Source: Callorhinchus milii (lineage: Eukaryota). Taken from it: a stretch of DNA of 64,000 bases. This document shows positions 1 to 11,652 of the stretch, piece by piece; the first letter of the stretch is position 1; each line of letters opens with the position of its first letter. The notes under the pieces were generated by a model, which was given only the letters and a program-made list of their open reading frames with translations, was not told where the DNA came from and ran no database searches. A program made the position numbers and the translations under genes. Where the stretch lies: positions 75,766,001 through 75,830,000 of the forward strand of contig NW_024704743.1 in NCBI RefSeq assembly GCF_018977255.1. The letters are read 5' to 3'.

Positions 1-291
1 TATAGTGACTATGTGTAAGCAAACTCAGCAGTTAGTTTGTTCCACAAATAGCCATCAATTGAAGGACCAATTTTATCCAGAGGATTGTTTCCTTGGACAA
101 CTCCCTTCTCATTTTTCAAATAGTGCTACGGGACCTTGGTTTAACGTTTCATTTGAAGGATGGCACTTGCGACAATGGAGTGCACCCCACAGCACTGTAT
201 TGGAGCGTCAGCCTCGACTGGATGAACTCAAGATCATAACTTGTGGCATCTAATTGAGAGAAGAGAGTATCACCAACCGAGCCAGGTTGAC
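1..291 (-). mobile_element. Old tRNA-headed Deu-domain SINE (SacSINE1/AmnSINE1-like), decayed
   Basis: Reverse-complement Deu motif (ggtttaacgtttcatttgaaggatggcac...gcactgtattggagcgtcagcct) and head (ccaaccgagccaggttgacat). Confidence 0.7.
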
Positions 292-450
292 ATCGAAAAT
301 CCACTAATAAAGCACTCACCTCAAATTTGATAGCGAGGAAGTTACAGTTCCGAGTATTATGATGTCAGATCTGACTTGGAGAGCAAGAGCTTCCCATTGA
401 GCGATGGTCCCATGAGTTGGAGGTGTGGAATTTAAGCAGCAGCTACGTAC

Positions 451-580
451 CTCTCTGCAGGCTAATCGAGGTGGAGTCCAAGCACCGGAGGCACAAAAGC
501 ATGTTCACAAACTTGGATTCCAGGTAACGCCTTCCAGCAGCTGTCGCCCCAAGCTTCAGGGTTTCCTCATGGTGGGAGGA
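451..580 (-). CDS. Possible 130-nt exon, SSHHEETLKLGATAAGRRYLESKFVNMLLCLRCLDSTSISLQR
   Basis: Donor GAG|gtacgt and a weaker acceptor ctgtcctgtaaaag|. The single open frame starts in phase 0, compatible with the 16774 donor. GC/CpG is locally elevated. Confidence 0.4.
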
Positions 581-1309
581 CTTTTACAGGACAGTTACTA
601 TTATTGTATTGCAACATAAATAATGTGGAAGCCGGAAGTACGGTTGGACACTGCACTGAGTGCAGTTCAGCCAGGGCCAAGCACTATTTTCAAGTGTATT
701 ATAAGGTTAAAGCAGACCTGCACCTCCAATTCTTAGTTTCTCAGTCAGATCAATGAGAGTGGCTGGCACCCAAAGATGCAAATCACTGTCCTCCTGTAAA
801 TAAATTACTGTAGCTCGAATCTAACGTTGTACACTAGTTAACAAAATAACAATTACATAGTTGTATCTAGATCAGGGAATCCAGTAGTTGTAAATGAAAA
901 TCAATATTCTTCAATCATGAATTGGTGATATCTTGGCCAAGACAGAAACAGAAGAAATTGTATAGAACATATACCAAATTCAAATGCCTAGATCTTGTCT
1001 CCCAGTTTATCCTGTTAGTTTCATTCACAAAAACATGGACCTGATTGAACAAGCAGATGCCCCTTACCCCTGAACTGTGGTATGCCAGATCGGAGAATGT
1101 ACCTTCATGAAATGTTTCCTTTTGGTGTATTATTGCTGCAAGTGATTTCTGCAGAAATGCCACTGATATTGTCAACCAGTGTTAATACATTCAGGTCTGG
1201 TGTTTGTGATTTGAAGAACCTCTGGGAAATCCAGCAAACCCTCAATGCCAGATTATATTAGATTACAAGCAACTCTAATGCATTTTAAGCCCCACTGAAA
1301 GACTATATG

Positions 1310-1631
1310 GAGTCTCAGCCCCCAGGCTCTGGAACTCCATCCCCCAGTGCCTTCGCCTTGCTTCCTCCCTTTCCTCCTTCAAGGCCGGTCTCAAAACCTT
1401 TCTCTTTGACCGTGCCTTCAGCTCCCCTCTCGACTCTCTTCCTCCTCCTCGCTCTCCCTTCCCTCCCCTCACCCTGACCATTTCCCCCTCCTCTCTCCCT
1501 CCCTTCCCTCCCCTCACCCTGACCATTTCCCCCCTGCTCGGGTCATGACCCAACTGTGCAGCGCCTTGGGACGTCCTCCTGACGTGAAAGGCGCTCTATA
1601 AATGGAATCTTGTTGTTGTTGTTGTTGTTGT
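1310..1631 (+). mobile_element. L2 LINE 3' end
   Basis: ORF2 terminus (tggaactccatcccc...ttcaaggccggtctcaaaacc), 3' stem-loop gcgccttgggacgtcctcctgacgtgaaaggcgc and (TTG)n tail. Confidence 0.9.
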
Positions 1632-1864
1632 GTAATCTTAACAAAAGCCTTCTTGCAATAATGTTAACTCATGGAATACAGCTCCATATATAGCAATGTA
1701 CACATTGGTCTGTGTTTAAACATAAGCCATGGTTTCTTTACTTTGTTCTTTATGACACACAAATTCCTATGCATCTTATTCTATTAATATACATTCACCA
1801 ACTTCACAAGTTTCAGTTCCAACGTAAAGCTTCATTGAAAAAAACAACACTTCCATTATTGAGT

Positions 1865-2020
1865 TAGGAACATAGGAAAACAGGAACAGAAAGAGGCCAT
1901 TCAACCCCGTGAGCCTGTTCCAATTTATTAGATCTTGCCAGATCTTTTAATCTCAATGCACTGCCCTTTCACCATACCTCTTAATACCTCTACTTCTGCA
2001 GTATCCTAGAATTTAATACT
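1865..2020 (-). mobile_element. CR1 LINE 3' fragment, old
   Basis: aacatagga...gaggccattcaacccc..gagcctgttcc is the typical reverse-strand CR1 3' end. Confidence 0.55.
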
Positions 2021-2024
2021 GTCA

Positions 2025-2508
2025 GGCGCTGACAGCATCAGCATCCAAGGCTGCACTCTCCACCTCTCAAAGCCAGTCAGGAACCTCGGCGTTCTGTTCG
2101 ACCCTGAGCTGTCCTTTCTTCCTCATATCCGCGCCACAACTGGCACCGCCTTCCATCACCTCCAGAACATCGCCAGACTACGGCACTACCTCACCCCTCA
2201 CACTGCTGAAACTCTGGTCCACGCCTTTATCACCTCAAGGCTGGACTATGGGAACTCTCTCCTCGCCGGCCTTCCCGCCACCTCCCTCCACAAGCTGCAG
2301 GTCATTCAGAACTCTGCAGCTCGTGTACTGTCCCGCACCAGGCTTCGCGACCACATCACTCCCAACCTCGCTCGCCTCCACTGGCTCCCCATCCCCCAGA
2401 GGATCGAATTCAAGATCCTCATCCTCACCTACAAGGCCATTCACGGCCTTGCTCCCTCCTAGCTCTCCGACCTAATATCCCCCTACCTACCTGCCCGTAC
2501 CCTGCCCA
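2025..2508 (+). mobile_element. L2 ORF2 C-terminal fragment
   Basis: Colinear with 54630-55110; encodes NLGVLFDPELSF...LHWLPIPQRIEFKIL. Confidence 0.9.
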
Positions 2509-3555
2509 ATGTTTCATCCTCTCAGCAAATATGAGCTATCATCGATGGAGTGGATTCCAGTGTGGAACATGAAGCAAGCTCGTATTTATTGAGAGGAGGA
2601 AGAATCTGGGTTGGTAGGTTGCATGAGGTTGGAGATGTAGGGTGTAAATTTTTTTTTCTTGTTTTTGACACTTCCATAGTTTTCTGAGTCATAACATTCA
2701 CATTTTTCCAACCTTTGTGAAAAAATGCTTCCTGCCCTCTTTCAAATGAGACGTTTAACCAAAGTCACGTCTGTCTTTTCAGGCGGATGTTAAAGATCAT
2801 ATGGCACTATTTGAAAAGAGAAGAGAGTTTCTCCCAGTGGAATGTTTTTAATTTAAGGCTTTCTCATGGGGATTCTATGTCAATACCAAAAGGACAATTT
2901 TCAAGATATTTATAACTTAAAGCAAATTTCCACTTGCAATTCTTAAATTTTCAGTAAATCTCTTGCAGAGTTCAAAAGGAAAGCGGTAAGCCACATCTAG
3001 CAGGCTGAATTATGTGGGTTGAGAGCTTTCTTGGTTTGGTGTCCACAAAATTGTGCATTCAGTCCCTGAGGGAGAATTTACTTAGTATTGATTATAATTT
3101 GTCAAATGGAAGCACTTTCTGCATTCCTTTTTGAAGACCAATAGTAATGAGATTGCCTGGAAGTGACTCTAAATGAAGATTGATATTAGACATGCCTGAC
3201 AAAGACTACTTTCATACTCAACGGAGTATGCAAAGGCACGATTAATTCTATCTCAGTGAAAGACACATTGACCCTACTAATGGTTCTACACATAAGACAA
3301 CAGCAATCGAAAAGATCGTGTTTGTAGAGTCCATCAGATTTTTCAGTCACAGTTATAAGTGCCTACTCAAAAATAATTTTAAGGCAATGATAATCTGAGT
3401 GCATCATGTACATCATCCAAATGCAACCTCCCTTTTTCTTTCCTAGCTTTCTTCCTGAGCAAATGCCAAGTCTACTGAATTAAATTATACTGTAGCATGA
3501 TGATTCTATTTGAATTTGCTTGCTGTGATTTGGGTCAGAATCCATAACCAACATG

Positions 3556-3590
<35 letters not shown>

Positions 3591-3903
3591 CCTTGCATTT
3601 GATACAGCGCTTTTCACGTCGGGAGGACGTCCCAAAGCGCTTCACAGAATACACTGTAAAGTGAATTGACTGTATATTTGTGGGCGAAACGCGGCAGCCA
3701 ATTGCACACAGCAATGTCCCACAAACAGTCGTAGATTGAAAATGACCAATTTTATTATTGTTTTTTTTTGGTTTTTTGGAGGGATTATTATTAGGCGTGT
3801 GGAGTAAGGAAACTTGCCCAAGGTTTCGCCCTCTGCCTGGAATTGAACTCAGGTCTCTCACTTGCAAAGCGAGTGCTCTAACCACTGAGCTACAGGACTC
3901 CAC
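3556..3903 (-). mobile_element. Young tRNA-Ala-derived SINE, short subfamily, full length
   Basis: Pol III A/B boxes, anticodon-like stem with TGC, CORE-like segment, Deu-type 3' part, L2-like stem-loop and (ATT)n tail. Near-identical to other copies in the window. Confidence 0.9.
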
Positions 3904-4400
3904 AAGAAGATGATGAGGGATGCTTAACAAGCACATCACAGAATAAGGAACTTTTTTTGGTGATTTTAAAAAATAAGGGCTGAAAATGAAAGCATTGTTT
4001 CCCTTTCTCCCTTTCACTGAACAGATCAGTTTTGCAAAATTTACCATGATTGATAAAATAATAATCTTTCCGTTTGATAGAACATCTAAAATGTCGATAT
4101 AACTCAAAGCATTTTACATTTCAAAGCGCTTCACAAGAAATTGCTGTCTAGTATCTCGCAGCTGGTTTTGTTGGCTTTCTGCACACAGCAATGTCCCATA
4201 AACAGCCATGGGGTAAATGATTATACTGAAAAATTGTTACTGAACGCAAGGAGAAACTTATGACGATCCAATGACGATCGACTCAGTTCTGATATTGTGT
4301 TGCTAGACATATCACCTTGGAGCGAGCTCAGCTTGCTTCCTCCTGCTCTTTCCCACACACCCTTCCCCAACAATCTGTCCAGATGAATACAATTATTTAT

Positions 4401-4781
4401 TGGAGTCCTGTAGCTCAATGGTTAAAGCACTCGGCTCGCAAGCGAGAGGCCTGCGTTTGATTCCCGGCAGAGTGAAATGTTGGCCAAGTTTCCATACCCC
4501 ACACGCCTTTGTTTACCTAGCAGCACATAGGAACCCGGTTGTTAGGTGATTGGTGGATGACTTTTCCAGGGGTAATAATTCCTTCAAAAAAATAATAATA
4601 ATAATTTGGTCACTCAATCCATGACTGTTTGCGGGACACTGCTGTACGCAATGGCTGCTATGTTTCGTCCACAAAATATACTGTCAATTCACTTCACAGT
4701 ATATTCTGTGAAGCCCTTTGAGACATTGCAATGCCATGATAAGGCGCTATATCAAATGCAAGGATTGCTATTATTATTATT
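4401..4781 (+). mobile_element. tRNA-Ala-derived SINE, long subfamily
   Basis: Same head and tail plus internal gtttacctagcag...ggaacccggttgttag segment. Confidence 0.88.
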
Positions 4782-5619
4782 GTACATGACTAAGCAGAGT
4801 TTAACATTTCATTGAAACAGGGCTACTCTGACAACTCAATGCTCCCCGGTACTAGTGTTTCATTTTTAATGAAATAGCAGCAAGTTTTCATTTTAGAACC
4901 AAAAACCTTCAGACCAGGGAATGGAGTGTGAGATTGGGGCAATGTCCCAAATGGTTGGTTTTATTTCTGTCAACACTCTGTCCACCTCCATGTCCTAATC
5001 ATTCCACTGGGACTTTACAAGATCAGTTCAGATGAAAAAGGTCCTTCAGCCCATCCAATCTCACCCTTTCAGACCACCCAACCTCCCATCACAAAATTGA
5101 GTTGCTTTTCAAATAAGTCCATTGGGGTGGCCTCAAAACCATCCTTCCTGGCAACCTGTCCAGTCAATGCTTCTTCAATTCATTGGCACTTATTTTCTGA
5201 GCAAATCCTTCTGTCACTTCATTGCAAGCATACTCTTTCCGCTAACATTGTGAACTAGGACTCCATCCTATAAATTCCAACTGAGCCTGATTGGACTCTG
5301 ACTCACCAGAAGATAGATAGGATTGAAATATTATTAAGACCTTTCCATCTTTGTACAATCCTACAGTGACAACAAATGGAACCACCTGGCATCTCTCCGT
5401 AGCATCCAGTAACGACAAGCTGCCCAGTAATTTCCAGATGGCTCACTCGTCCCCATGGTCATGCAGATTGATTTGTATATGACCTCGATTTGAACTTGTG
5501 AATAGGTGCCCAGAACCCGTGGAAAACAGGACAGTTATTCACAATTGCATTTCTTACAGATGTATTTTGTTGAGAAAAAACGCCTGCTATGTTAACTTTT
5601 TGGGGGGTCACAGTAAATT

Positions 5620-6270
5620 ATTTTTACTGGGTGGGGGGGGCATGTGTGTGGTGGGGAACACATGTGTGGGGTACACACGCGGAAGGGGGGAGCCATGTTT
5701 GTCGGGGGGTGTATTTGTTGAGAGGCCATATGTGGTTGGGGGGGCATTGGGAGGGGCAAGTGTGTTGTGGAGTCCTGTAGCTCAGTGGTTAGAGCACTCG
5801 CTTTGCAAGTGAGAGACCTGAGTTCAATTCCAGGCAGAGGGCGAAACCTTGGGCAAGTTTCCTTACTCCACACAGAGCCTAATAATAATCCCTCCAAAAA
5901 ACAAAAACAATAATAAATTGGTCATTTTCAATCTACGACTGTTTGTGGGACATTGCTGTGCGCAATTGGCTGCCGCGTTCGCCCACAAATATACAGTCAA
6001 TTCACTTTACAGTGTGTTCTGTGAAGCGCTTTGGGACGTCCTCCTGACGTGAAAAGCGCTATATCAAATGCAAGGATTATTATTATTATTATTATTATTG
6101 GGGGGGTGGGTATTGGGGGGGCTCCCATGTGTGTGGATGGGCGTGTGCGTGGAAGGGCCATGTGTGTAGGGGGGGGCATGTGTGGGGTGGGCGTGTGTGT
6201 GGGGGGGGGCATGTGTGTGGGGGGGTGTGTTTGTGGGGTGGCTTGTGTGGTGTGTGTTTGTGGAGGGTGT
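5620..6270. repeat. G/T-rich degenerate minisatellite (GGGGGCATGTGTG-like) interrupted by a SINE
   Basis: Repeated gggggcatgtgtg-like units on both sides of 5767-6099. Confidence 0.8.
5767..6099 (+). mobile_element. Young SINE, short subfamily, full length
   Basis: gtggagtcctgtagctcagtggttagagc head through gcaaggattattatt tail. Confidence 0.9.
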
Positions 6271-6599
6271 ATTTCAAATTCAAGCTCCCTTTGTATCTAC
6301 CATTTTTTTTCTCACTTTTTTATTTCATTTTCTTCCTTTTTGTTGCTTTTGACATTTGCTTTTTCTCCATCACAATGAATTGAGCTGAAGCTGGCCCGTG
6401 TCTACCTTAGGTTTTCCCAGTCACTGAAGCGATGGAGTCAATTGAACACTGCTTTTAGTTATAAGAGAATGAGGGTTAAACCAGTATACCACTTACGAGT
6501 TTTTCAATGCCGCAGACCAGCAAATCTAATGTATTGCTATTGACTGGCCTCAATGTAGCCACTTAGCAATAATTCATTGATTATCATTGGTGATGATTA

Positions 6600-6850
6600 A
6601 CAATATTTACATTTATATAGCACTTTACACGTAATGTGCCATCTTAAAGCACTTTACAGAGATGGTGGCAGACATTGAACAGGGAGGGTGGGTGAAGATG
6701 ACTATAGGCAAAGTGGAAAAGGTAGATTTTAGGAGGTTTTTAGGAACAGCAGGAGAAGGAGGGCAAAGGGGAGGCATTAAAGGAGAGAGATCCAGAAAGT
6801 AAGATCTTAGAAGCTGAAGGCTCAACTGCTAATGGTAGGGCGGAGATTGG
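6600..6850 (-). mobile_element. Old L2-type 3' fragment
   Basis: acatttatatagcacttt tail followed by a purine-rich ORF-end segment. Confidence 0.5.
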
Positions 6851-7263
6851 AATAGCTTCTTCCCTGTGTGTCAGCTATCTTAACAGGTTAGTACAGAACT
6901 GTTACGTTGCACAGCGCAATTAAAAGCTAGAAGCACTGAAAACATTTCAAGTTCTTGAGCAAGATTCAAGGAAGGTTTACTTTTCCCAGATAGTCACATT
7001 GTTATTTATTGCCTGTATAGTACATGACTGCGATTTCAATAACATTCAAACAAATCACTGGAAAACATAACTGCAGTAACAACAAATTACATGTACGAAT
7101 TCCCTACCACACTATAAGATACAAAGTCAGACTTATGAAGCTAATCTGAGGCTCGTTGGCAAGGTTCAAAAGAATGTTTCTGGCAATGGGGGATATCAGA
7201 GATATGACACAGTCATATGATAGAGACATGAATCTATGTGCATTTCAGTTTGTGTTTCACATT

Positions 7264-7447
7264 TAATAATAATAATAATCCTTGCATTTGATATAGCGCT
7301 TTTCACGTCAGGAGGACGTGGCAAAGCACTTCACAGAACACACTGTAATGAGTGGAAACTTGCCCAAGGTTTCGCCCTGCCTGGAATTGAACTCAGGTCT
7401 CTCGCTTGCAAGGCGAGTGCTCTAACCACTGAGCTACAGGACTCCAC
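7264..7447 (-). mobile_element. SINE with internal deletion (tail fused to head)
   Basis: Tail 7264-7350 directly abuts head ggaaacttgccc...ggactccac. Confidence 0.8.
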
Positions 7448-7481
7448 AAAGTAACTTAGTAATTTAGTAATTTAGAAGTAA

Positions 7482-7693
7482 GCCTGATAATAATCCCTAA
7501 AAAAAACAATAACAAATTGGTCATTTCAATCCACGACTGTTTGTGGGACACCGCTGTGTGCAATTGGCTGCCGCATTTCGCCCACAAATATACAGTCAAT
7601 TCACTTTACAGTCTATTCTGTGAAGCGCTTTGAAACATCTAGAAGACGTGAAAAGCGCTATATCAAATGCATGGATTATTATTATTATTATTA
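7482..7693 (+). mobile_element. Headless SINE body and tail
   Basis: Starts at gcctgataataatccc and ends in (ATT)n. Confidence 0.8.
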
Positions 7694-9521
7694 TAACGTC
7701 ATGAAAATTCCAGTTGGTCTCCTGATAATGGTTTCTGAGGTTATCACACTCAAGTGGAGTTCAAAATAAACTGTCAGTCTAAACTGCACCACACTCAATC
7801 ACTCTCAACTCCACTTCTAAACAGTTTCCAGAGCAGTATTACAGGCATTTAATGTTCCTTTTTCTCTATTAGGGTATCAGCCACGTAAGGCAAATACTCA
7901 CATACACACAGCGCACGTCTCAACCCATTCCACATTATAACATGAGCGTACTTTAATTTTGCTGAAGTAATACAAAACAATAATTACGAAAAATATAAAC
8001 ATTTTTTCCTGCAAGTATTCATTCATCTCTTTACAGACATTTGAGTGAATGCAGGACTTTCATTTAATGCTAGCTCGCAGGCAACATGATGGAATAGTTT
8101 GGCTTTTGACATTTTGAAATGCGTCTTAGGTAGATCATTGAACTTGGATACCAAGTCCAATAAGGAGGGAAGTGTGATTTAAAAGCACTCTGTTTTGATT
8201 GATTTCACAGTCGTCAGGGCTGAGTGTTCTATATCACTTCCTTGTGCCAGCGCTCATATTGGGCCCAGAGCCAGCAACTTTCAATTTGACTTCTAGATTG
8301 GGCATCTCTCATTTACTAGTCATTTGTTTCATTGCTGTTTGTGGGACATTGATGCGCAAAATTTTGCTGCCATGCTTGCCTACAAATGCACAGTCAACAA
8401 CAACAACAAAATTACATTCATAGAATGCCTTTCACGTTGGAAGGACATCCCAAAACGCTGAACAGTCAGGTGTTGGGGCCCGAGCATGGGGGAGGGATGG
8501 TGTAGGGGTGAGGGAAAGCAGAGAGGTGGGAGGGCGACCGAAGGCACGATCGAAGAGAAGGGCCTTGAGACCGGCCTTGAAGGAGGCAAGGGAGGAAGCG
8601 AGGCGAAGGGACCGTGGGATGCAGTTTCAGAGTGTGGGGGCAGAGAGGCTGAAAGCCTGGCTACCGATGGTAGGGCGGGTGGGGCAGAAGACATGAAATA
8701 GACCAGAGCCCGCTGAACGTTGGGAGCGGGCAGGTTGGTAGGGAGTCAGCAGGTCAGAGAGGTAGGAGAGGGCAAGGCCATGGATGGCCTTGAAAGTGAG
8801 GACGAGGATCTTGAATTCAATCCTCTGGGGGATGGGGAGCCAGTGGAGTCGGGCGAGGGTGGGAGTGATGGGGTCACGGAGTCTCGTGCGTGAGAGTACA
8901 CGAGCTGCAGAGTTTTGGATGATCTGCAGTTTGTGAAGGGAAGAGTTGGGAAGGCCGATGATGAGGGAGTTCCCGTAGTCGAGCCTTGATGTGACGAATG
9001 CGTGGGTGAGGGTTTCGGCAGCCTGAGGAGTGAGGCATTGGGGGAGTCTGGTAATGTTGCGGAGGTGGTGGTAGGCAGTGCGGATGTTGGGGAGAAGGAC
9101 AGTTCAGGGTCGAACAAGATACCCAGGTTCCTGACTGGCTTGGTATGCAGCTTTGGAGGCTGATGCTGCCAGCACCTGAAGTGCAGAGGCGCTAGCGCGA
9201 GCCAATCAGGAGGGCATCGGTGTTGCTGACTTTGAGTGGGAGAAAGTTGGCCCTCGTCCAGGAGTTGATGTCGAACAGGCAGTTGGTCAGGACCCCATTA
9301 GTCCTGGAGTTCAGGGTGGACGCAGAGAGGTAGAGTTGGGTGTCATCCGTATACATGTTAGAGATTTACCCCTTGTCTGCGGATGATGTCACCAAGGGGG
9401 AGCATGTAGAGGGTGAAGAGGAGGAGACCAAGGACAGAGCACTGAGGAACACTGTACGAGACGGTGTGGCAGCTGGAGAAGCCGTTTGCCGCAACGAAGT
9501 GGAGGTGGTGTGAAAGGTAGG

Positions 9522-9670
9522 CCTTTAGTCTCGCTCCCACCTCTCTGCCTTCCCACACCCCTACACCACCTCCCCTCCCCCATGCTCGGGCCCCGACACC
9601 TGACTGTTCAGAGCTTTGGGAAGTCCTCCCGACATGAAAGGCACTCTACAAATGTAATTTTGTTGTTGTT
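9522..9670 (+). mobile_element. Nested L2 3' end with GTAGG target-site duplication
   Basis: GTAGG at 9517-9521 and 9671-9675; the host L2 reads through once the insert is removed. Confidence 0.85.
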
Positions 9671-10121
9671 GTAGGACCTGAACCAATCAAGGACAGAACC
9701 GTGAAGGTTGAGGTGGGAGGAGAGGCGGTGGAGGAGGATTGAGTGGTCCACGGTGTCAAATGTGGCGGAGAGTTCCAGGAAGGATGAGGAGGCAGAGAGA
9801 GCCCTGGTCACAAATGGTCAGGATGTCGTTTATCACCTTGACTAGAGTAATTTCCGTGCAGTAGGCAGCACGGGAACCCGATTGGAGGGATTCATGGAGG
9901 GAGTGAGAGGAGAGGAAAGAGCGAAGCTGGGAGGCAACGTCTCTCTCAAGGACCTTCGATAGGAAGGGGAGATTTGAGATGGGCCGGTAGCTGGATAGCT
10001 GTGATGGGGCAAGGGAAGGTTTCTTCTAGGTGGGGGTGATAGTGGCTGTTTTGAGGGGGATAGAAACAGTACAGGGAGAGGTTGATGATGTCGGTGAGTA
10101 GTGTGATGAGTCGGTGATGTC

Positions 10122-10450
10122 GTGGAGTCCTGTAGCTCAGTGGTTAGAGCACTCGCTTTGCAAGTGAGAGACCTGAGTTCAATTCCAGGCAGGGCGAAAC
10201 CTTGGGCAAGTTTCCTTACTCCACACGCCTAATAATAATCCCTCCAAAACCCCCCAAAAAAACAATAATAAATTGGTCATTTTCAATCTACAACTGTTTG
10301 TGGGACATTGCTGTGCGCAATTGGCTGCCGCATTTGCCCACAAATATACAGTCAATTCACTTTACAGTGTGTTCTGTGAAGCGCTTTGGGACGTCCTCCT
10401 GACGTGAAAAGCGCTATATCAAATGCAAGGATTATTATTATTATTATTAT
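10122..10450 (+). mobile_element. Young SINE, short subfamily, nested in L2 (TSD TAGTG)
   Basis: Full head and tail; TAGTG at 10099-10103 and 10450-10454. Confidence 0.9.
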
Positions 10451-11348
10451 AGTGGGGCAAGGAGCTGGAGCTGGGATTTAAGGAGAGGGTTAGGGAAAGG
10501 GTCCAGGGAGCAGGTGGTGGACTTCATGGAGGTTACCGTGGTGAAGACAGAGGAAGGGGTGACAGGTTCAAAGGTGTGGAAGGAGGAATGGGTAGTTGTC
10601 GGATGGCTAGTTGTGTGGGGTGGGGGTAGGGAGGGGGTGGAAGTTGGGAGGGCAGTGGCAGCTGAGCAGATTCCCTCGATTTTGGACTCGAGGAAGTCCA
10701 GTATTTTCTCTCAGTTAGTGTCAGAGGATAGAATTTGCGAGGCGTCTCGGGGAGGGCGGAGGAGCCGGTTGGTGGTGTCATTCCATATCACAGTAAATCC
10801 CGTGAAGCACTCTGAGACATCCTTCAAGCGTGATAAAGCGCTATATAAAACGCAAGTCATAATAATAATACATATATTTGATATAGTGTATTTCACATCG
10901 GGAGGATGTCTCAACATGCTTCACACAGTGTAGAGCAAAGTGACTGTGTATTTTTGGGTACATTTCAGCTCTTACATAGAAGCCACCAATACAGATTTAG
11001 TGTAGATTTATGTTAAATATTAAAATACTGAAAGAAATTATGTAACTCTCCCTCAGTGAGCTACAATGTACGTGAGCTTTTCGTTTCTATTACAAACAAA
11101 CGTACTGTACAATAAAGCCTGATTCACTCTCCGGACACTCACCAAATGAAGCTGGTGGAACATCCACATCAATAATCCTCCTGCTAACTTGTACAACTTG
11201 CTCATAAATGGACTTTGACTCTTGAGGCTTGTGAAGCACCATCAAAGTACCAGGTTATAAATTCAATCAATAGTTTAGTGGGCAAGCAATGTTATGCACT
11301 TCAGTAATCTTGCTAAATAACTATATGATGAAAGAATATAATGACATT

Positions 11349-11652
11349 ATATGTATAATGACACTATACACTATATCTGCTCAGCTGCCACTGCCCTCCC
11401 AACTTCCACCCCCTCCCTACCCCCACCCCACACAACTAGCCATCCGACAACTACCCATTCCTCCTTCCACACCTTTGAACCTGTCACCCCTTCCTCTGTC
11501 TTCACCACGGTAACCTCCATGAAGTCCACCACCTGCTCCCTGGACCCTTTCCCTAACCCTCTCCTTAAATCCCAGCTCCAGCTCCTTGCCCCACTATAAT
11601 AATAATAATAATAATCCTTGCTTTATAAATGGAATCTTGTTGTTGTTGTTGT
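11349..11652 (+). mobile_element. Composite insertion: filler + inverted copy of 10425-10671 + L2 tail, TSD TGACATT
   Basis: 11375-11621 is the reverse complement of 10425-10671; 11622-11652 is the L2 terminus; TGACATT at 11342-11348 and 11653-11659. Confidence 0.85.

Larger units (their letters stand above)
8397..10776 (-). mobile_element. 5'-truncated L2 LINE (RT to 3' tail), frameshifted, carrying two nested insertions
   Basis: (CAA)n tail at ~8395; RT motifs ([42 protein letters not shown]); colinear with 53540-55431. Confidence 0.92.
8310..10860 (+). mobile_element. Old Deu-SINE 3' part split by the L2 insertion (8310-8396 and 10777-10860)
   Basis: gctgtttgtgggacattg...cacagtca resumes as gtcattccatatcacagtaaatcccgtgaagcac after the L2; GTCA is duplicated. 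Confidence 0.7.

Noticed and set aside
320..793. Single long minus-strand exon between tttacag and gtgagt
   Set aside because: Stops in all three frames.
3535..4107. 190-aa ORF
   Set aside because: Read-through of a SINE; the poly-Tyr comes from the (ATT)n tail.
5997..6383. Gly/Cys/Val- or Pro/His-rich ORFs
   Set aside because: Translations of a low-complexity minisatellite.
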